DNA of 63,722 nucleotides, filler included, from Pirum gemmata (Eukaryota): NCBI GenBank assembly GCA_002812295.1. It is 15 parts of 15 records of this genome, joined end to end, with 100 filler letters (N's around TTAATTAATTAA, not from the genome) between each part and the next. Parts side by side here need not be neighbours in the genome. Positions count along the whole stretch, not along the records: positions 1 to 4,074 come from PDIN01001566.1; positions 4,175 to 8,222 come from PDIN01001567.1; positions 8,323 to 12,407 come from PDIN01001568.1; positions 12,508 to 17,335 come from PDIN01001569.1; 11 more parts are not named here. One strand, 5' to 3'. Shown piece by piece: positions 1 to 12,754 of this stretch (position 1 is its first letter; each line of letters starts with the position of its first letter). The notes under the pieces were generated by a model. It saw only the letters and a program-made list of their open reading frames with translations, ran no database searches and was not told where the DNA came from. The position numbers and the translations under genes were made by a program.

Positions 1-3
1 TAG

Positions 4-1733
4 GATACAGTACACACGAATATGTGAATATAGTAGATAATAAAACATACACAGCACCACAACTTGTTTTTAACATTTCTAAAGACGATAGTAAGGAAAT
101 ATTTTTCGCTCCATGGAAAATTGAAGGTTTTTTTAATGTTAGTAAAGAAGAACAAGCGATCAATTTAGTAGCTTTTCAAAATGATCATGAATTGGCCGAA
201 GAATCGAAATTTCTTATAATAGAACCACCGCTAATCCATTCAATTGCCGGAACACAAGTTTTACAAAATCGTTGGTATGAAATTAGTTTTGATTCAACAT
301 TTCATGACCGTGATGAATCTGTAGAGATCATGATTGTCCCATATGATATTACTCAAAGCCACAACAAACATACAGCGGGTGAAGAACATACAGATGCAGG
401 CTTGCAACGATTTAAAGATATAAAGAAATATTTGTTACGACCAATACGTATAAATATTTTACGAGATATGCGAGATACAATGCTTTGTGACAAACCGTAC
501 ATCCCCGCTACTGTAAAGAGAGCATTTCCTGTATGTAATGTCGAGGGAGTTGATAAAGACGATAAAAATAAGTGGTGTGAACAAGGGTTTTTTCAGGATA
601 AATTTAAAACAGAAACGGTTGCATTAGATGTTAAATCTGTATTTTGTAAAATGGATTCTTTTCAACCCACGCCGCCAACTATCGTTGCCACTCCCGAATT
701 ACCTTTAATACGTTATACACATGACAATTACGATTCTGTATACGATCACCTACCATATTTTCATTATTTTCAAGGAAGTGAGAAGCAGTTTCCTTTGAGG
801 ACGGCAGCTTTCCGTTTTCATTTATTTCGTCATTTTGCCAACGTCACAATATCATCTATGCCAAATGAATTCCTTACACAAAATGCTATACATAAAATTA
901 CAAACCACAGCGATAAAGTTATTCAAGGGAAATTATTTCTGAATCAACGTGATTTTGAAAGAGAGTATACATATAGATATAAAAGCCCCATGCTTGGGGA
1001 ACATTATTTTTTTTATCTAAGTATTTGGAAGTCCAATGTCAACGATTTCGGTGGCAAGCCACGAATAATTGAAGGAAGCGAGTTTGAGTTTGACATGGAA
1101 AGTTTTAACACCGAACGTATAAATGATTTTAACGTCACTATTCCAACAAAAAATGCCAATATTGGGGATTCTTTTTACATACAATTTACATACAAGAGGG
1201 CAGCAGGTATATCTGAAGAAGATGCCCCTCGTATAGGATTATTTCAAGTTGTAAGTAGTGATGAAACATGTCTTGCTGGATATATTTGTGATGAAAGCTT
1301 AGATAATAGTATTACCCAATGTCCTAAAGGGTTTTATTGTCAAAATGGTGTTAAAAACCAATGCCCTAATGGGTTTATCGCTGAAAATGTGGGACAGGAA
1401 AAATGCACAGCTTGCGCAACAGGGTTATTGAGTTCAGAGAATAACACCTATTGCCACAGTCCTGATAAACTGGATTTAAAAATAGTCTTGCCAGTAATAT
1501 TTGGAAGTTTGTTTTTACTTGGTGTTTTTATTTTATTGTTTATTAAATTAAGAAAACACCACCAAAAAAAAAAACAGAATTCGTTATTTACTTTGGAAAA
1601 TATAGATATGTCAATTTTCAGCAATGGTGTTATCGAACTACTATCTGATGATGAGTACGAAAAAACGAATTTAGCTGTTTTGAATCAAACAAATGATAAT
1701 AATCCTAAATTTTCTAATAATGAAGAACAATAA
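4..1733 (+). CDS. Terminal exon of a type I membrane protein with a GCC2/GCC3 (ephrin-receptor-like) Cys-rich juxtamembrane region
   Basis: Frame is open from position 3 (GYSTHEYVNI...) just after a possible TAG acceptor at 1-3; the ORF-track start is GTG, so probably not the true start. C-terminal CPKGFYCQNGVKNQCPNGFIAENVGQEKCTACATG, one TM helix (IVLPVIFGSLFLLGVFILLFI), basic stop-transfer KLRKHHQKKK, short tail. Confidence 0.8.
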
Positions 1734-2049
1734 CAATGGTATATATAAGCAATAACAATAATAATATCAGCAATATTTAATTAAAATAAATAATGTAAAG
1801 TTTGTTTGAACACTTTAATTATTAACTAGCTGGAATGGTAATTAACGTTTGTTACCATAAGCAATTATTACATATGATATTATATTGTACTTAATTTAAT
1901 TTTGTTTGATATTATGCCCAATTTTTTTTAATTTAATTAAAATGTTTTAGATAAATAAATAATTAATTATTAATAATATAATATCGATAGTCTATATTAT
2001 ATAAATGTACAATTTATATAGTCTATTTCATGACAGTTGTCCTCTAGAT

Positions 2050-2208
2050 CTCAATCTTTAATTTGGTACTGTTGAAGTGTATAATTGAACTGGATTATAA
2101 AATAAAATATTAAGTATAAAATACCAAATTAATTAAAACATGTCCGATAGTTTAACCGTAATACTAATTTGGTATGTTTATTTCAGTTTTTGAATTGGAC
2201 AACACTAT
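2050..2208. mobile_element. Dispersed repeat family B (MITE-like)
   Basis: Reverse complement of ~19300-19452; partial copies at ~21397-21458 and ~48030-48300; internal ATACCAAATT/AATTTGGTAT motifs. Confidence 0.7.
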
Positions 2209-2215
2209 TGAAAAA

Positions 2216-2592
2216 CAGTAGACCCCTCTGAATCGACATTACCAACTATTGTAAATGTTTACAAAGTAAACCCTAAAGCTAAATTTAGTTCAAACTGCGC
2301 GCATATTAATACTTCTGATTTCTGTATTCCAAACTAAACCCTTCTAAACTCGAAATAGACCCCTCTGAATCCATTACCACCCTGAATCCAAACTAGACTA
2401 CTCCGAATACAAACTAGTCCCTTTTGAATCTAAATTAGAGCTTTTAAAGTCAAACCCAAACGAGACCTCTCCAAATCCAAAGAAGACCACTTCGAATCCA
2501 AACCAGGTAGACCCCTCTGAATCCAGACTAAATCCATTTGAATCCAAACTAGACCATTCTGAATCCGAAATAGACCCCTCTGAATCTACCAA
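2216..2592. repeat. Degenerate 21-bp minisatellite (CCAAACTAGACCCCTCTGAAT)
   Basis: About a dozen imperfect copies between 2329 and 2592, plus one at ~2216-2232. Confidence 0.8.
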
Positions 2593-2667
2593 CAAACTCC
2601 TATATATAATCCACCAACAAACTGCTATATATAATATATAATATATAACAATAATAATAATTTATAC

Positions 2668-2705
<38 letters not shown>

Positions 2706-2829
2706 TTAATAATAATAATAATAATAATAAATTATAAATCACGATTTAAAGCGACATCTGAAGAATAGTGATATTCTAGTAAAGTAGTAATCTTAGAGAT
2801 TCACAAACATGTTGATCAGTAGTATTAGA

Positions 2830-3314
2830 TTAAACATGCTTTCCACGGTGATAATGTAGTATATCATGGTTACGGTTACCATAATGATATTGTAGTATAT
2901 CAGTCGTGCCATGGTGATATTGTAGTATATCATTTGATTTCGAATCCTCAGTTTTAGTTTCAGTAGTATTAATATTATTACAACACTCGCTGTTCAAATA
3001 TGCATGTTCGCTGTTATTATTATTAGTTTCAGTATTAGTAGTAATATCCAAATGATCACTGTCCAAATTAACATTGTTATTTTACACGAAAATACCAATA
3101 GAAATAACAATTATTAGGAAAAGTACAACTGTCGGAACAAATATACTTACGGTTTTCTTATCCAATTCTTCTTTCTGTAAACAATAAGTAAAATCGCTAC
3201 TGCTTTTTCTTCTATCGGGACACTGTTTACACGATTTTGATCCCATTTCGTCTGCATAAAAATATTCAGAACATTGTTTGCAAAAGGTTAATCCAGTTTC
3301 ATTTGAATAGAATC
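2830..3314 (-). CDS. Terminal exon of a second GCC2/GCC3-type Cys-rich membrane protein, with an in-frame TAA just after the TM helix
   Basis: Manual translation after the TAG acceptor (3317-3315): GFYSNETGLTFCKQCSEYFYADEMGSKSCKQCPDRRKSSSDFTYC...VSIFVPTVVLFLIIVISIGIFV* (stop 3084-3082); the same frame continues into ORF 2830..3066. Confidence 0.7.
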
Positions 3315-3349
3315 CTATATATAAAAATATAATTGTATGTACGCATATG

Positions 3350-4074
3350 AGTTTTATATTGTTATATTGTTATGTTGTTATATTGTTATATTGTAATCCT
3401 ATATATAAAAATATAATTGTACGTACACATATGAGTTATATTGTTATACTGTTATGTTGTTATATTGTTATATTGTTATATTTGTTATATTGTTATATTG
3501 TTACATTGTTATATTGTTGTATTGTTGTATTTTTGTGTTGTTATATTGTTATATTGTTATATTGTTATATTGTTATTGTTTAATTGTTATATTGTTGTAT
3601 TGTTGTATTGTTGTATTGGGTTGGGGTTAGGGTTAGGGTTAGGGTTAGGGTTAGGGTTTAGGGGTGGTATTGTTGTATTGTTTTATTGTTGTATAATGGT
3701 GTTGTTATGTTGTTATAATGTTATATTGTTATATTGTTATATCGTTATATTGTCATATTGTTATATAGTTATATTAATAGTTATATTATTATATAGTTAT
3801 ATTGTGATATTGTGATATTGTTATATTGTTATATTGATATATTGAGATATTGTTATATTATATTGTTATATTGTTATATTGTTATATTGTTATATTGTTA
3901 TATTGTTATGTGTATTGTTATATTGTTATATTGTTATATTATATTATTATATATTATATTATTATATTATTATATTGTTATATTGTTATTTATAATGTTA
4001 TAATTATATTGTTATATTGTTATATTGTTATATTGTTATATTGTTATAATATTGTTATATTGCTATATATTATT
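3350..4074. repeat. (TTGTTATA)n low-complexity satellite with an embedded (TTAGGG)n at ~3620-3661
   Basis: Directly visible 8-mer periodicity. Confidence 0.9.
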
Positions 4075-4174
4075 NNNNNNNNNNNNNNNNNNNNNNNNNN
4101 NNNNNNNNNNNNNNNNNNTTAATTAATTAANNNNNNNNNNNNNNNNNNNNNNNNNNNNNNNNNNNNNNNNNNNN
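4075..4174. other. Assembly gap with artificial TTAATTAATTAA spacer (recurs many times in the window)
   Basis: Identical N-TTAATTAATTAA-N blocks giving stops in all six frames. Confidence 0.97.
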
Positions 4175-4253
4175 TTATTAAAGTAATAATAATAATAATG
4201 AAATCATAATTTATTCTTATCATCTTTATTTTTTTATTTATACATAATATTAG

Positions 4254-5460
4254 TAATTTTAGGAACCATAGCGATCATCGAAAATTCTGGGCCGGTTGTT
4301 TCAAATTTTATTTTTCCAAATTTTGGGCTATTTTCCCATTGACTTGGTTAACCCTTTGTTATTATATATGGCAACCTTACGCTTATTTCCTACCACAAGA
4401 TGGGCCCGCGAATACACTATCTGACAATGTCAATTATTATATTTTATCATTTTTTGGAATTGCTACTCCTTTTTCCAAATATATATCTGTGCTTCCAGTT
4501 TGGTACTTAAATTGTTTATGGTTTTGCGTTCTTTTCACCCCTTTCGCTTATTTAATTATGATGACAATGTATAAAGTCATGAATAAGGTAAATTGGTTAG
4601 GCTATGCTTATTTAATAGGCTTGTTTGCAGTTTTATGTGGTTTTGATTATGGTGTTGCTATGGCGAATAATAATAATGTTTGGAACACGCCTAAATTTGG
4701 CTACTTAATGTTTAATGTTAACTATTTTGGCTATTTTTTGGGTATGATTGCTGGTTTATTTTTATTGAAATTTGAAGAAAATTATTACCATAACGAAACT
4801 GATAATTCAAAGTTTAAAAAAATAATGTCTGGATTTGCCAAATCTAATATATTAAGATGTGTAATTTTGTTGGTTGTCGCTGGACTTTTTATATTAGTTA
4901 CAATTTTACCTGTGTTTTATCACAATTTACCTGTTCCATTTGTAGTGGCCCTTTACACTGTTTTGCAATTTGTATTTTTTGCTCCACTGATTATGTTAGT
5001 TTTGTGTGGTAAAAAAAGTTACTTGTCAAAATTCGTATTAGAAAATAATATCATAAAAAATGTAGGAAAAGTTAGTTTAGAAATATATTTGGTACAAGTA
5101 TCAGTAGCACAACTTGCTAATCCTTACGGACAAGGACATTTGATATTAGATGATCTTTATAATTATTACCCTAATGCTGTAGTTTATGATAGCGCTGGTA
5201 ATGAATATGTGATAAAAAAATCACCAATTATTATGGTCCAAATCATGTACTTTTGTTGGGTGTTTGTGTTGGCTTATCTGGTTAGTCGTTATTTTACAAA
5301 TGGTTTGGTTCAATTTGTTTCTTCGTTTTTAAAGAAAAAATTTAATCGTTTTATTAATACTACTGTTATGCCGAAAGATGAAATGAAAAGGGATAAAGAA
5401 AATGATGATTTTGGTCTTGAGGTTGGTGGAGACCTTGTTAAATCTGCATTACTTGCTTAA
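4254..5460 (+). CDS. Acyltransferase family 3 (OafA/Acyl_transf_3-like) polytopic membrane protein, 3' exon
   Basis: Frame open upstream of the ORF start (FKFYFSKFWAIFPL, resembling F..R..RI.P); WYLNCLWFCVLFTPF resembles WSL..E.QFY...P; GKVSLEIYLVQ resembles G..SYS.YL.H; about 10 hydrophobic helices. 5' exons not located (gap upstream). Confidence 0.75.
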
Positions 5461-5844
5461 AAAAAAAAAAACGATAACAATTATTAATGATTATTATTAT
5501 TATTATCATCATTGTCATTGCGATAATAATGATAAGAATTAGTATAAGGATAAGGATAAGGATAAGGATAAATAAGGATCATGATCAACATAAATGGTAA
5601 TGACAATGATAATAATAATTAATATTAATGATATAATATAAACAATTAATAATTAATCATAATAATAATTAATAACATTTACTACTTTTAATAATTAATA
5701 AAAACATAATTTAACTTTATTCTTTCGTGATTTTGAAATCCACTACCTTGTTCCATAATATCCCTGTTTAACATATATGGTAATGACAATGATAACGATA
5801 ATTAATTAATATTAATGATAAAATATACACGATTAAAAATTGGA

Positions 5845-6002
5845 AAATTTTAGTTTATGATACAATCTGAAGCAGCAAAAAATGCCAAAATTTTTTTAAT
5901 AAAATATTTTTCATCATTGTTAAGTTTACTCCAGTCCTTATGATCTTTACCTAAATCAACTTCTTCTACAGTCCAAAAACTTGCTACGGCCTTTTTATAA
6001 GC
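5845..6002 (-). pseudogene. RNR2: Fragment of ribonucleotide reductase small subunit (R2)
   Basis: Manual translation [51 protein letters not shown] matches the class Ia R2 signature YKKAxASFWTxEEVDL...[14 protein letters not shown], with G>C and E>stop changes. Confidence 0.9.
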
Positions 6003-6354
6003 ACAAGGGTCTTGCTAGGACTCTTTAGAGACATGTGGACTATGTGAAAACATGTTTGATGTTTTATAATTAATCGATATGATTATAATAATATTTACTA
6101 CTTGTAATAATTAATAAAAACCTAATTTAATTAACTTTATTCTTTCGTGATTTTGAAATCCACTACCTTGTTCCATATTCCTGTTTTTGTTATTTTACAC
6201 TTTGGTAGCTGTATTCTTTTCTGTGTTCTTGTTCTTGCTTTTTGAAAAATAATACTGACAGAAAACAAGAGGAGAAAAAAGAAAAAACCAGAACAAAATA
6301 ATAATATAATATAACAATATATAATTTTATATTATGATAATATAATTTTTAAAA

Positions 6355-7295
6355 TTATACTTGTACATTTGTCTTATTGTCAGTAGCACTTTGAGCTACT
6401 TTTTTGGCAGCCTCTTTAGGATTTTTTGGGAATTTAACTTTTCCAAGTTCACCGCCAGCCACAGACCAAATAGTAGCCGTGTTATTATGCCATCTTCGAA
6501 CAAAACTTGCAATACGTTTAGAATACAAATCAAGGGTCATAGCCGTATAATATAAACTTAAAACGGTCATATTAGGCCAAATATCTTTATTAAATTCTTT
6601 TCGCATGATACACTTGATTACAGGCCAAAAATAGGTATCTAGAATTGGATATAAAACAAAGTAATTGCCAACCAGAATTTCCAAAATGGGTACGGGAATT
6701 ATACTAGTATCCGATGCAGCTAGAATCGTAAAAAATGATATTTGAAAAATACAGTTCATAATAAAAACTCCAAAATTCGGCCAAAACTGGATAAAGCAAT
6801 TGCGTCCATGAAAGGTTTTTGCAAATAAATATAAGTAACCGATACTTGAGATTAGAGTGAACGAATAAAACGTTATGTACGATTCCAGTAAAGAACATTG
6901 GGTTTCATTACAAACTATAAAATTAGTTGCTATTAATAAACATAATATCGAATATCCGATTAAACTAGGCCAAATAACCGATGGTAATTTATGTTTTACG
7001 TAAACGTTGTAAAATAATAATTGCCTAATTACTACGAAACCGATTAAAGTACATTGATTTGCAATACATTGGAATAACAAATAAAAAGAAAAGCCTACAC
7101 GAGAATCGTTGTTTGTAATCGGATTTGTTACCGCCCATATACGAGCACCGCTTACTAAAAAAGCCCATGATAAAAACAAGAACGAAAATTGCCAATTTAT
7201 CGATTCAATTTCCGATTCATGTCTATACTTTACCAATGTAATACTTAAAGCCGAAGTTATTGATAGAGTAAATGTATCATACCAATTACCAATCC
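6355..7295 (-). CDS. Seven-TM (GPCR-like) membrane domain; upstream ectodomain (7300-8020) disrupted or split
   Basis: About 7 hydrophobic helices; TM1 followed by KYRHESEIESINWQF, reminiscent of the first intracellular loop of class C-like GPCRs. Upstream coding-like frames are broken by stops and frameshifts. Confidence 0.55.
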
Positions 7296-9317
7296 TTTAT
7301 AAAGCGGATCATTGTGAAAGAATGCATATATTCCAATCGCCATATATAACATATCGTTAGTAATTGGTTGAGAAATTCGATATATTGTTGGTGTTGATCT
7401 TAAAAAGGAGGTGAGGTTGTGTAGGGTACCCCGGCATTATTTTGAATTTGCAAAGAACCAAGTAATTCTTTAGATATTGCTAATTCTAATAAAATATTCG
7501 ATTTCGGAGTAGTTAAACCAGGATCGGCAATTTGAATCGCTGTTGTAAATTCAGGACCAGTTTTGTCGAATCGATTGTATGAGCTAAATTAATTTCTTCA
7601 ATATTTACTGTTTCCATTTCATCACCGCTTTTTAAAAATATTTGGATTTTTATGTCGCTGTCAATAAAAAATCTTTGTAACGGTAAATCCAAACTTACCA
7701 TTGAATTAGAATTAGCAAATGCGACCGATTTCGTTTCGGGATTAGAATTAGTACCATTATCAAATTTGATAACAACAGTATCGGGTTTGTTTGAATTTGC
7801 AGCAGATCGAGTAATTTGCATTTTTACCGATCCTAACATTACATTTTTTAAATTCATCGATGCGATTCTCAAATTTAAATTAGTAAAGGCTTTTGCTTCG
7901 ATTTTATTACCTGCATAAATAACCGATTTCGTTCCCGCAATAGTTCCTGGTATTATGGAAAATTTAATATTAGGATTTGCGATTTTCGGAACTGGAATTA
8001 TAGTAAATGTCTTACATCGTTTACCTTACTAATAATTAATGGAACAATGTTTTCTAATTTGGTAAACTGGGCATTTTTTGGGCCTCCTTAACTTTTCTTG
8101 GTCCTAATCATAGTCATAGTATTATAAACTGTATTATAGTAGCTTCATAATAATTAAAAGATTGATTAGTGATAGGCTTATTTCTGTGATTTTATTTTGT
8201 TCTTTTTTTTTTTTTTTTTTTTNNNNNNNNNNNNNNNNNNNNNNNNNNNNNNNNNNNNNNNNNNNNTTAATTAATTAANNNNNNNNNNNNNNNNNNNNNN
8301 NNNNNNNNNNNNNNNNNNNNNNTTATTATTATTATTATTATTATTTCGACTAATCACAACCTTTAAAAAAAGCATAGGTGATTGTGACCAAGTTCCTTTT
8401 TGTAGTAGTAAATATCTGATTCAGTGATTCGTTAAATTTGTTAGTCAAAAAAAGAAATCTTACTGAAATCTTTCACATTAGCACATTTTTCACCACTTTT
8501 GGTAGTGATTGACAGCAGCTCAAAAACATCTACTAATAACATACCGCAGTTGGATGCACACATGGGTCTTAGAAAGCTTAGGTTACCAACCCAAGACGTG
8601 TGGAGTTACTATAGACCATTTCGAATAGCAATTCTATGATAATATGACATATTTATTATATGAATTAAGTTATAAATTGTTTAGTAGTTTGAAAATATTA
8701 TTCTTATTATTAATACTGTTGTTATAGTTAAAGTAATGATTCTAGTAAACGTTGCAGTTGTATACGTTGGAGTTGTAATTGTTTCGTTGTTATGCATCTG
8801 GGATATGATATGATAAAAAAAAAAAACTGAAAAAATTGCTATCATATTGTTGTTGTTGGTGTTAGTTTCTAGCTAGCCTAGCTAGCTAGGTATTAGTCTA
8901 GGTAGTGGTGGTGTTGGTGTTGGTGTTGGTGTTGTGGTTGGTGTTGTGGTTGTGGTTGTGGTTGTGGTTGTGGTTGTGGTTGTGGTTGTGGACTGTTGTG
9001 GTTGTGGTCATCGTTGTCGTTGTCGTTTGTCGTTGTGGTTGTGGTTGTGTTTGTGTTTGTTCGTTGTCGTTGTCGTTGTGGTTGTGGTTGTGGTTGGTGT
9101 GTTGTTGTGGTTGTTGTGGTTGTTGTGGTTGTTGTGGTTGTTATGGTTGTTGTTGCTCTTATTAATGTTGTTAACTTTGTTGCTGCTCTCTCTAAATTTT
9201 AATAATAACACCCAATATTGTTTTTTTTACTTAATTAAAAAACCTTTTGTCTTAGTTCATTCAAACCTTAGCAGTATCCTCTTACACACAAATGACGATG
9301 CAGAAAGTAAAGGTAGG

Positions 9318-9540
9318 CCAATTCTGCTCAAGCCCGAAAACTCAAATTTCTGCTGTCAAAAAAGCCAAAATTCAGCTCCGTTCGAAAAATATTTTTTTTT
9401 CGTATTTTTCGGGTTTTTTAATAAATAAATATATTATTTTTAAATATTTAATTGTAAGCTCAAAATTTCGAACTTATTTAAATAATAAATAGGCTTGAAA
9501 GCTCGATTTTTTAAAAAAGAGCAGAATTGGGAGAAGTCTA
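9318..9540. mobile_element. Dispersed repeat family D (end GCAGAATTGGGAGAAGTCTA)
   Basis: Related to ~25792-25915, ~16727-16971 and ~56970-57004; ends are inverted-complementary (CTCCCAATTCTGC / GCAGAATTGGGAG). Confidence 0.6.
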
Positions 9541-9892
9541 AATAAAGGTGTGTTATTTCCTAAATATAGTAATATTTTCAAATATAGATGAAATAGTATG
9601 AAATTTATTACAATAAATAGTACCAAATTATTATAATTTAAATCCATTTAACCTAATTTGGTATGTTTTATTATCTGTATATTGATTTAAAATTGCCAAT
9701 TTAAAAATTATAACCCTCCAAATAATTATGGGAGCAGTGAAATACTACGTAACGCCAATTTCCAGTCAAATACAGCTTCAAATACCCCTACCTACCTAAC
9801 CCTTTCCGGTCAAATAACACCTACCTACCTACCCCTTGACGTGACGTATTTATAATAAACCTTCATCACGCAAACCATTACCGAATTTGGAA

Positions 9893-9927
<35 letters not shown>

Positions 9928-10382
9928 CTACTTTGGTATGATTATATTTATTATAATAATAATACTACAATAATTATTATTATATCATAATACTTTTCAG
10001 TTATTTTGTAATAATAAAATATGCAATATAATAATATGTACCAGTACTATGATAATAATAAAAAAAATGAAAAACAAAACCAAAAACAAAACCTCGCATA
10101 AAGTATCTACATGATATTTATTTATAAATATATTTTTTAAAAATACTTTTGTAAAAATTAAAATAAAAATAAAATCATTTATCAACATTAAATTTATCAG
10201 TTATTATTTTCATTATTGCCAACTATTATTATTATTATAATATTGTTATTATTAATAAAAATCATAATTCAAAATATAATATTATATTAGTTATAAATAT
10301 ATATATATTATATGAATTTTAATTTTAAATAAATTAATTATAGTATAATTAAAATAAGAATCTTAATAATTTATTAAAAACA

Positions 10383-11284
10383 ATGAAATTTCTCTCCTTT
10401 TTTTCTTTTTCTTTATTAATCATTAGTAAACACGATAATGATGGTGGTGTCAACGGTATGTACGTTCCTCTTCCTATGGTAGCAAGGCCTGTTGCTGTTC
10501 CTATGATTTCAAGGCAAGTTCCAGTACCCGTACGCCATGCCCCTTTAACCCCTGGGTTGAACGGTAGACAAGGGGCTTTGGTTAGCACTAGAGCCCACGG
10601 GCAAGAAGGGTTTACTTCAAGGTCTGTTTCTAACAAAGATTATTACGATACTATGTTCAATGAGTTGGTTTTAGACAACGAATACAGCGGAATGTCAGCT
10701 GATGAACGCTATCAACACTTAATCAATGGCTTATTAAAACAGCAACTTCAACACGAGAATAGTGGTGATGATGACGAAGGTTTTTATCCTAATTTTTATG
10801 CAGCTTGGGATTTTGTTAAAAATGTATTTAGCGGGGTTGCTAAAAATGTTGTTGACAATGAAGTGTATGATAATGGACAGAATAATAATAACCTCAAAGT
10901 TAGGAGTGGTAGTAATCAACAAGAAAACCAAAACAGAAAAGGGGTAGAATTTCGGAAAAGAAAGTACGGGAAAGGAAACAAACATGGTGGCAGTGACTAC
11001 CGCTATTCCGAAGATGGCATAGTACCTCAAGTTTGGGAAGATGTTCCATATTTTTCAAAAGAAACATCATCAGCTGCACAATTATTACAAACTCCTGGAT
11101 ATTTAGCGAAGGCATGGGATGACGTTCCGTCATACGTTGATGCAAAAAAAAACACTGAATCAGTACAAGAAGAAAAAGAAGAATGGACAGATTTTGAAAG
11201 AAACCTATGGGAAGATGTACCTTTCATTTCTGCTCCGAATGAATCTAAGCAACTGAAAAATAAAAACAAACAACACTCACCAAC

Positions 11285-11380
<96 letters not shown>

Positions 11381-11406
11381 NNNNNNNNNNNNNNNNNNNN
11401 NNNNNN

Positions 11407-11472
<66 letters not shown>

Positions 11473-11797
11473 GAGCGAAGGGAAATGTGATAATGAAAAA
11501 GACAGAGCAGCCATTAAAGCCAGCAAACCAACCTTTTCAGATACATTTGCATCATGTGCACGGCGTCATTTTGGAATGCCTTCAGGTACAGGAAACTGCG
11601 TTCGAAAAGCTTTTGGTTATTCTGAAGAATGTACAAATTGTTTTGCTGATCTCACCGGTTGTTCTAGTACCCATTGTTTAGCTTATTGTATTTGGGGAGA
11701 AACTGATAAGTGCAAAAAGTGTGTTGATGATTCGTGTGGTGTAGCTATGAGGGAATGTACCGGATTACAATCACATGAATTACCTGGTTCTAAATAA
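10383..11797 (+). CDS. Secreted precursor: signal peptide, three WxDVP repeats, polyQ tract, C-terminal Cys-rich domain
   Basis: MKFLSFFSFSLLII signal; the (CAA)n tract crosses an N gap of arbitrary length; resuming the Q frame reads QSEGKCDNEKDRAAI...FASCARRHFG and joins ORF 11576..11797. Confidence 0.8.
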
Positions 11798-12300
11798 TAA
11801 TAAAAACTGTTTTTCTGTATAATTATATAATAATATTATATACATATAATATATATATTATAGCAAATTTATAACCTTTTAACCAGTCATTATTTATAAT
11901 TTAATTTTATATATATTTTTTCAATGCAACAAAATTTACTTAATTAGAGTTAGCAAGAGAAAATATTTAAATGATAATTATTTTAGTTTATATAACGCAT
12001 AGCTGCATGATTATAATTATTAATATTTTTGAAAGAGGTAAATATATATAATATTATACAATATATATTATAGCAAATTTTCGGTTATTTTCGACAAATA
12101 AGTAAAACAAATATAATTTATGTAAATGTTATCGTCAGATGTTATCGTATTGTCATTGATAAAAGTAGTATTGATAATTTGATAGTGACAAAAACCAGGC
12201 CTAGGGAGTTCAAGAAATTCCTTGCAAAAACAAAAAACAAAAAATCTGGTCTTATAAGGGATTCGTTGCTTGTGCACAAATTTACGATGTATTAAAATGG

Positions 12301-12333
<33 letters not shown>

Positions 12334-12754
12334 GCTATATAGACCACTAATCTCTATCCTGTTAGTTCTAGACTTATTTTTATTTATTATTATTATTATT
12401 ATTATTANNNNNNNNNNNNNNNNNNNNNNNNNNNNNNNNNNNNNNNNNNNNTTAATTAATTAANNNNNNNNNNNNNNNNNNNNNNNNNNNNNNNNNNNNN
12501 NNNNNNNAATAATAATAATACTAGCTAGCTTAGTAGTAGAAGTAGTAGACCCATTCAAATTTTCAAAATGTGTGGAAAAAAAATAAAAAGAAAAAATGCA
12601 TTGAAAATATCGTTAATTAAAGATATGGATTATGCTGTAAACGGCGGGATAAAGGAGTATTTGGAATTAGGGTTTTTGCCATCATAAAAATAGATTAGAC
12701 CGGTCTGTTAAATTATATTGTGTGCCCATAGTAGACTACCTGAGTAGACTACTA

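Noticed and set aside
3347..4122. Y/C/I/V/L-rich ORFs
   Set aside because: Translations of the TTGTTATA satellite.
4119..4130. Regularly recurring TTAATTAATTAA palindrome
   Set aside because: Artificial scaffold spacer embedded in Ns; not biological and not a CRISPR repeat.
8905..9428. Poly-V/W/C ORFs
   Set aside because: (GTTGTG)n and (GTT)n microsatellites; the same applies to 15629-16187, 17384-17817, 30906-31319, 57311-57655, 59918-60229 and 60406-60746.
11407..11681. Poly-N C-terminus of ORF 10383..11681
   Set aside because: Wrong frame caused by the arbitrary gap length; the polyQ frame gives the Cys-rich domain.
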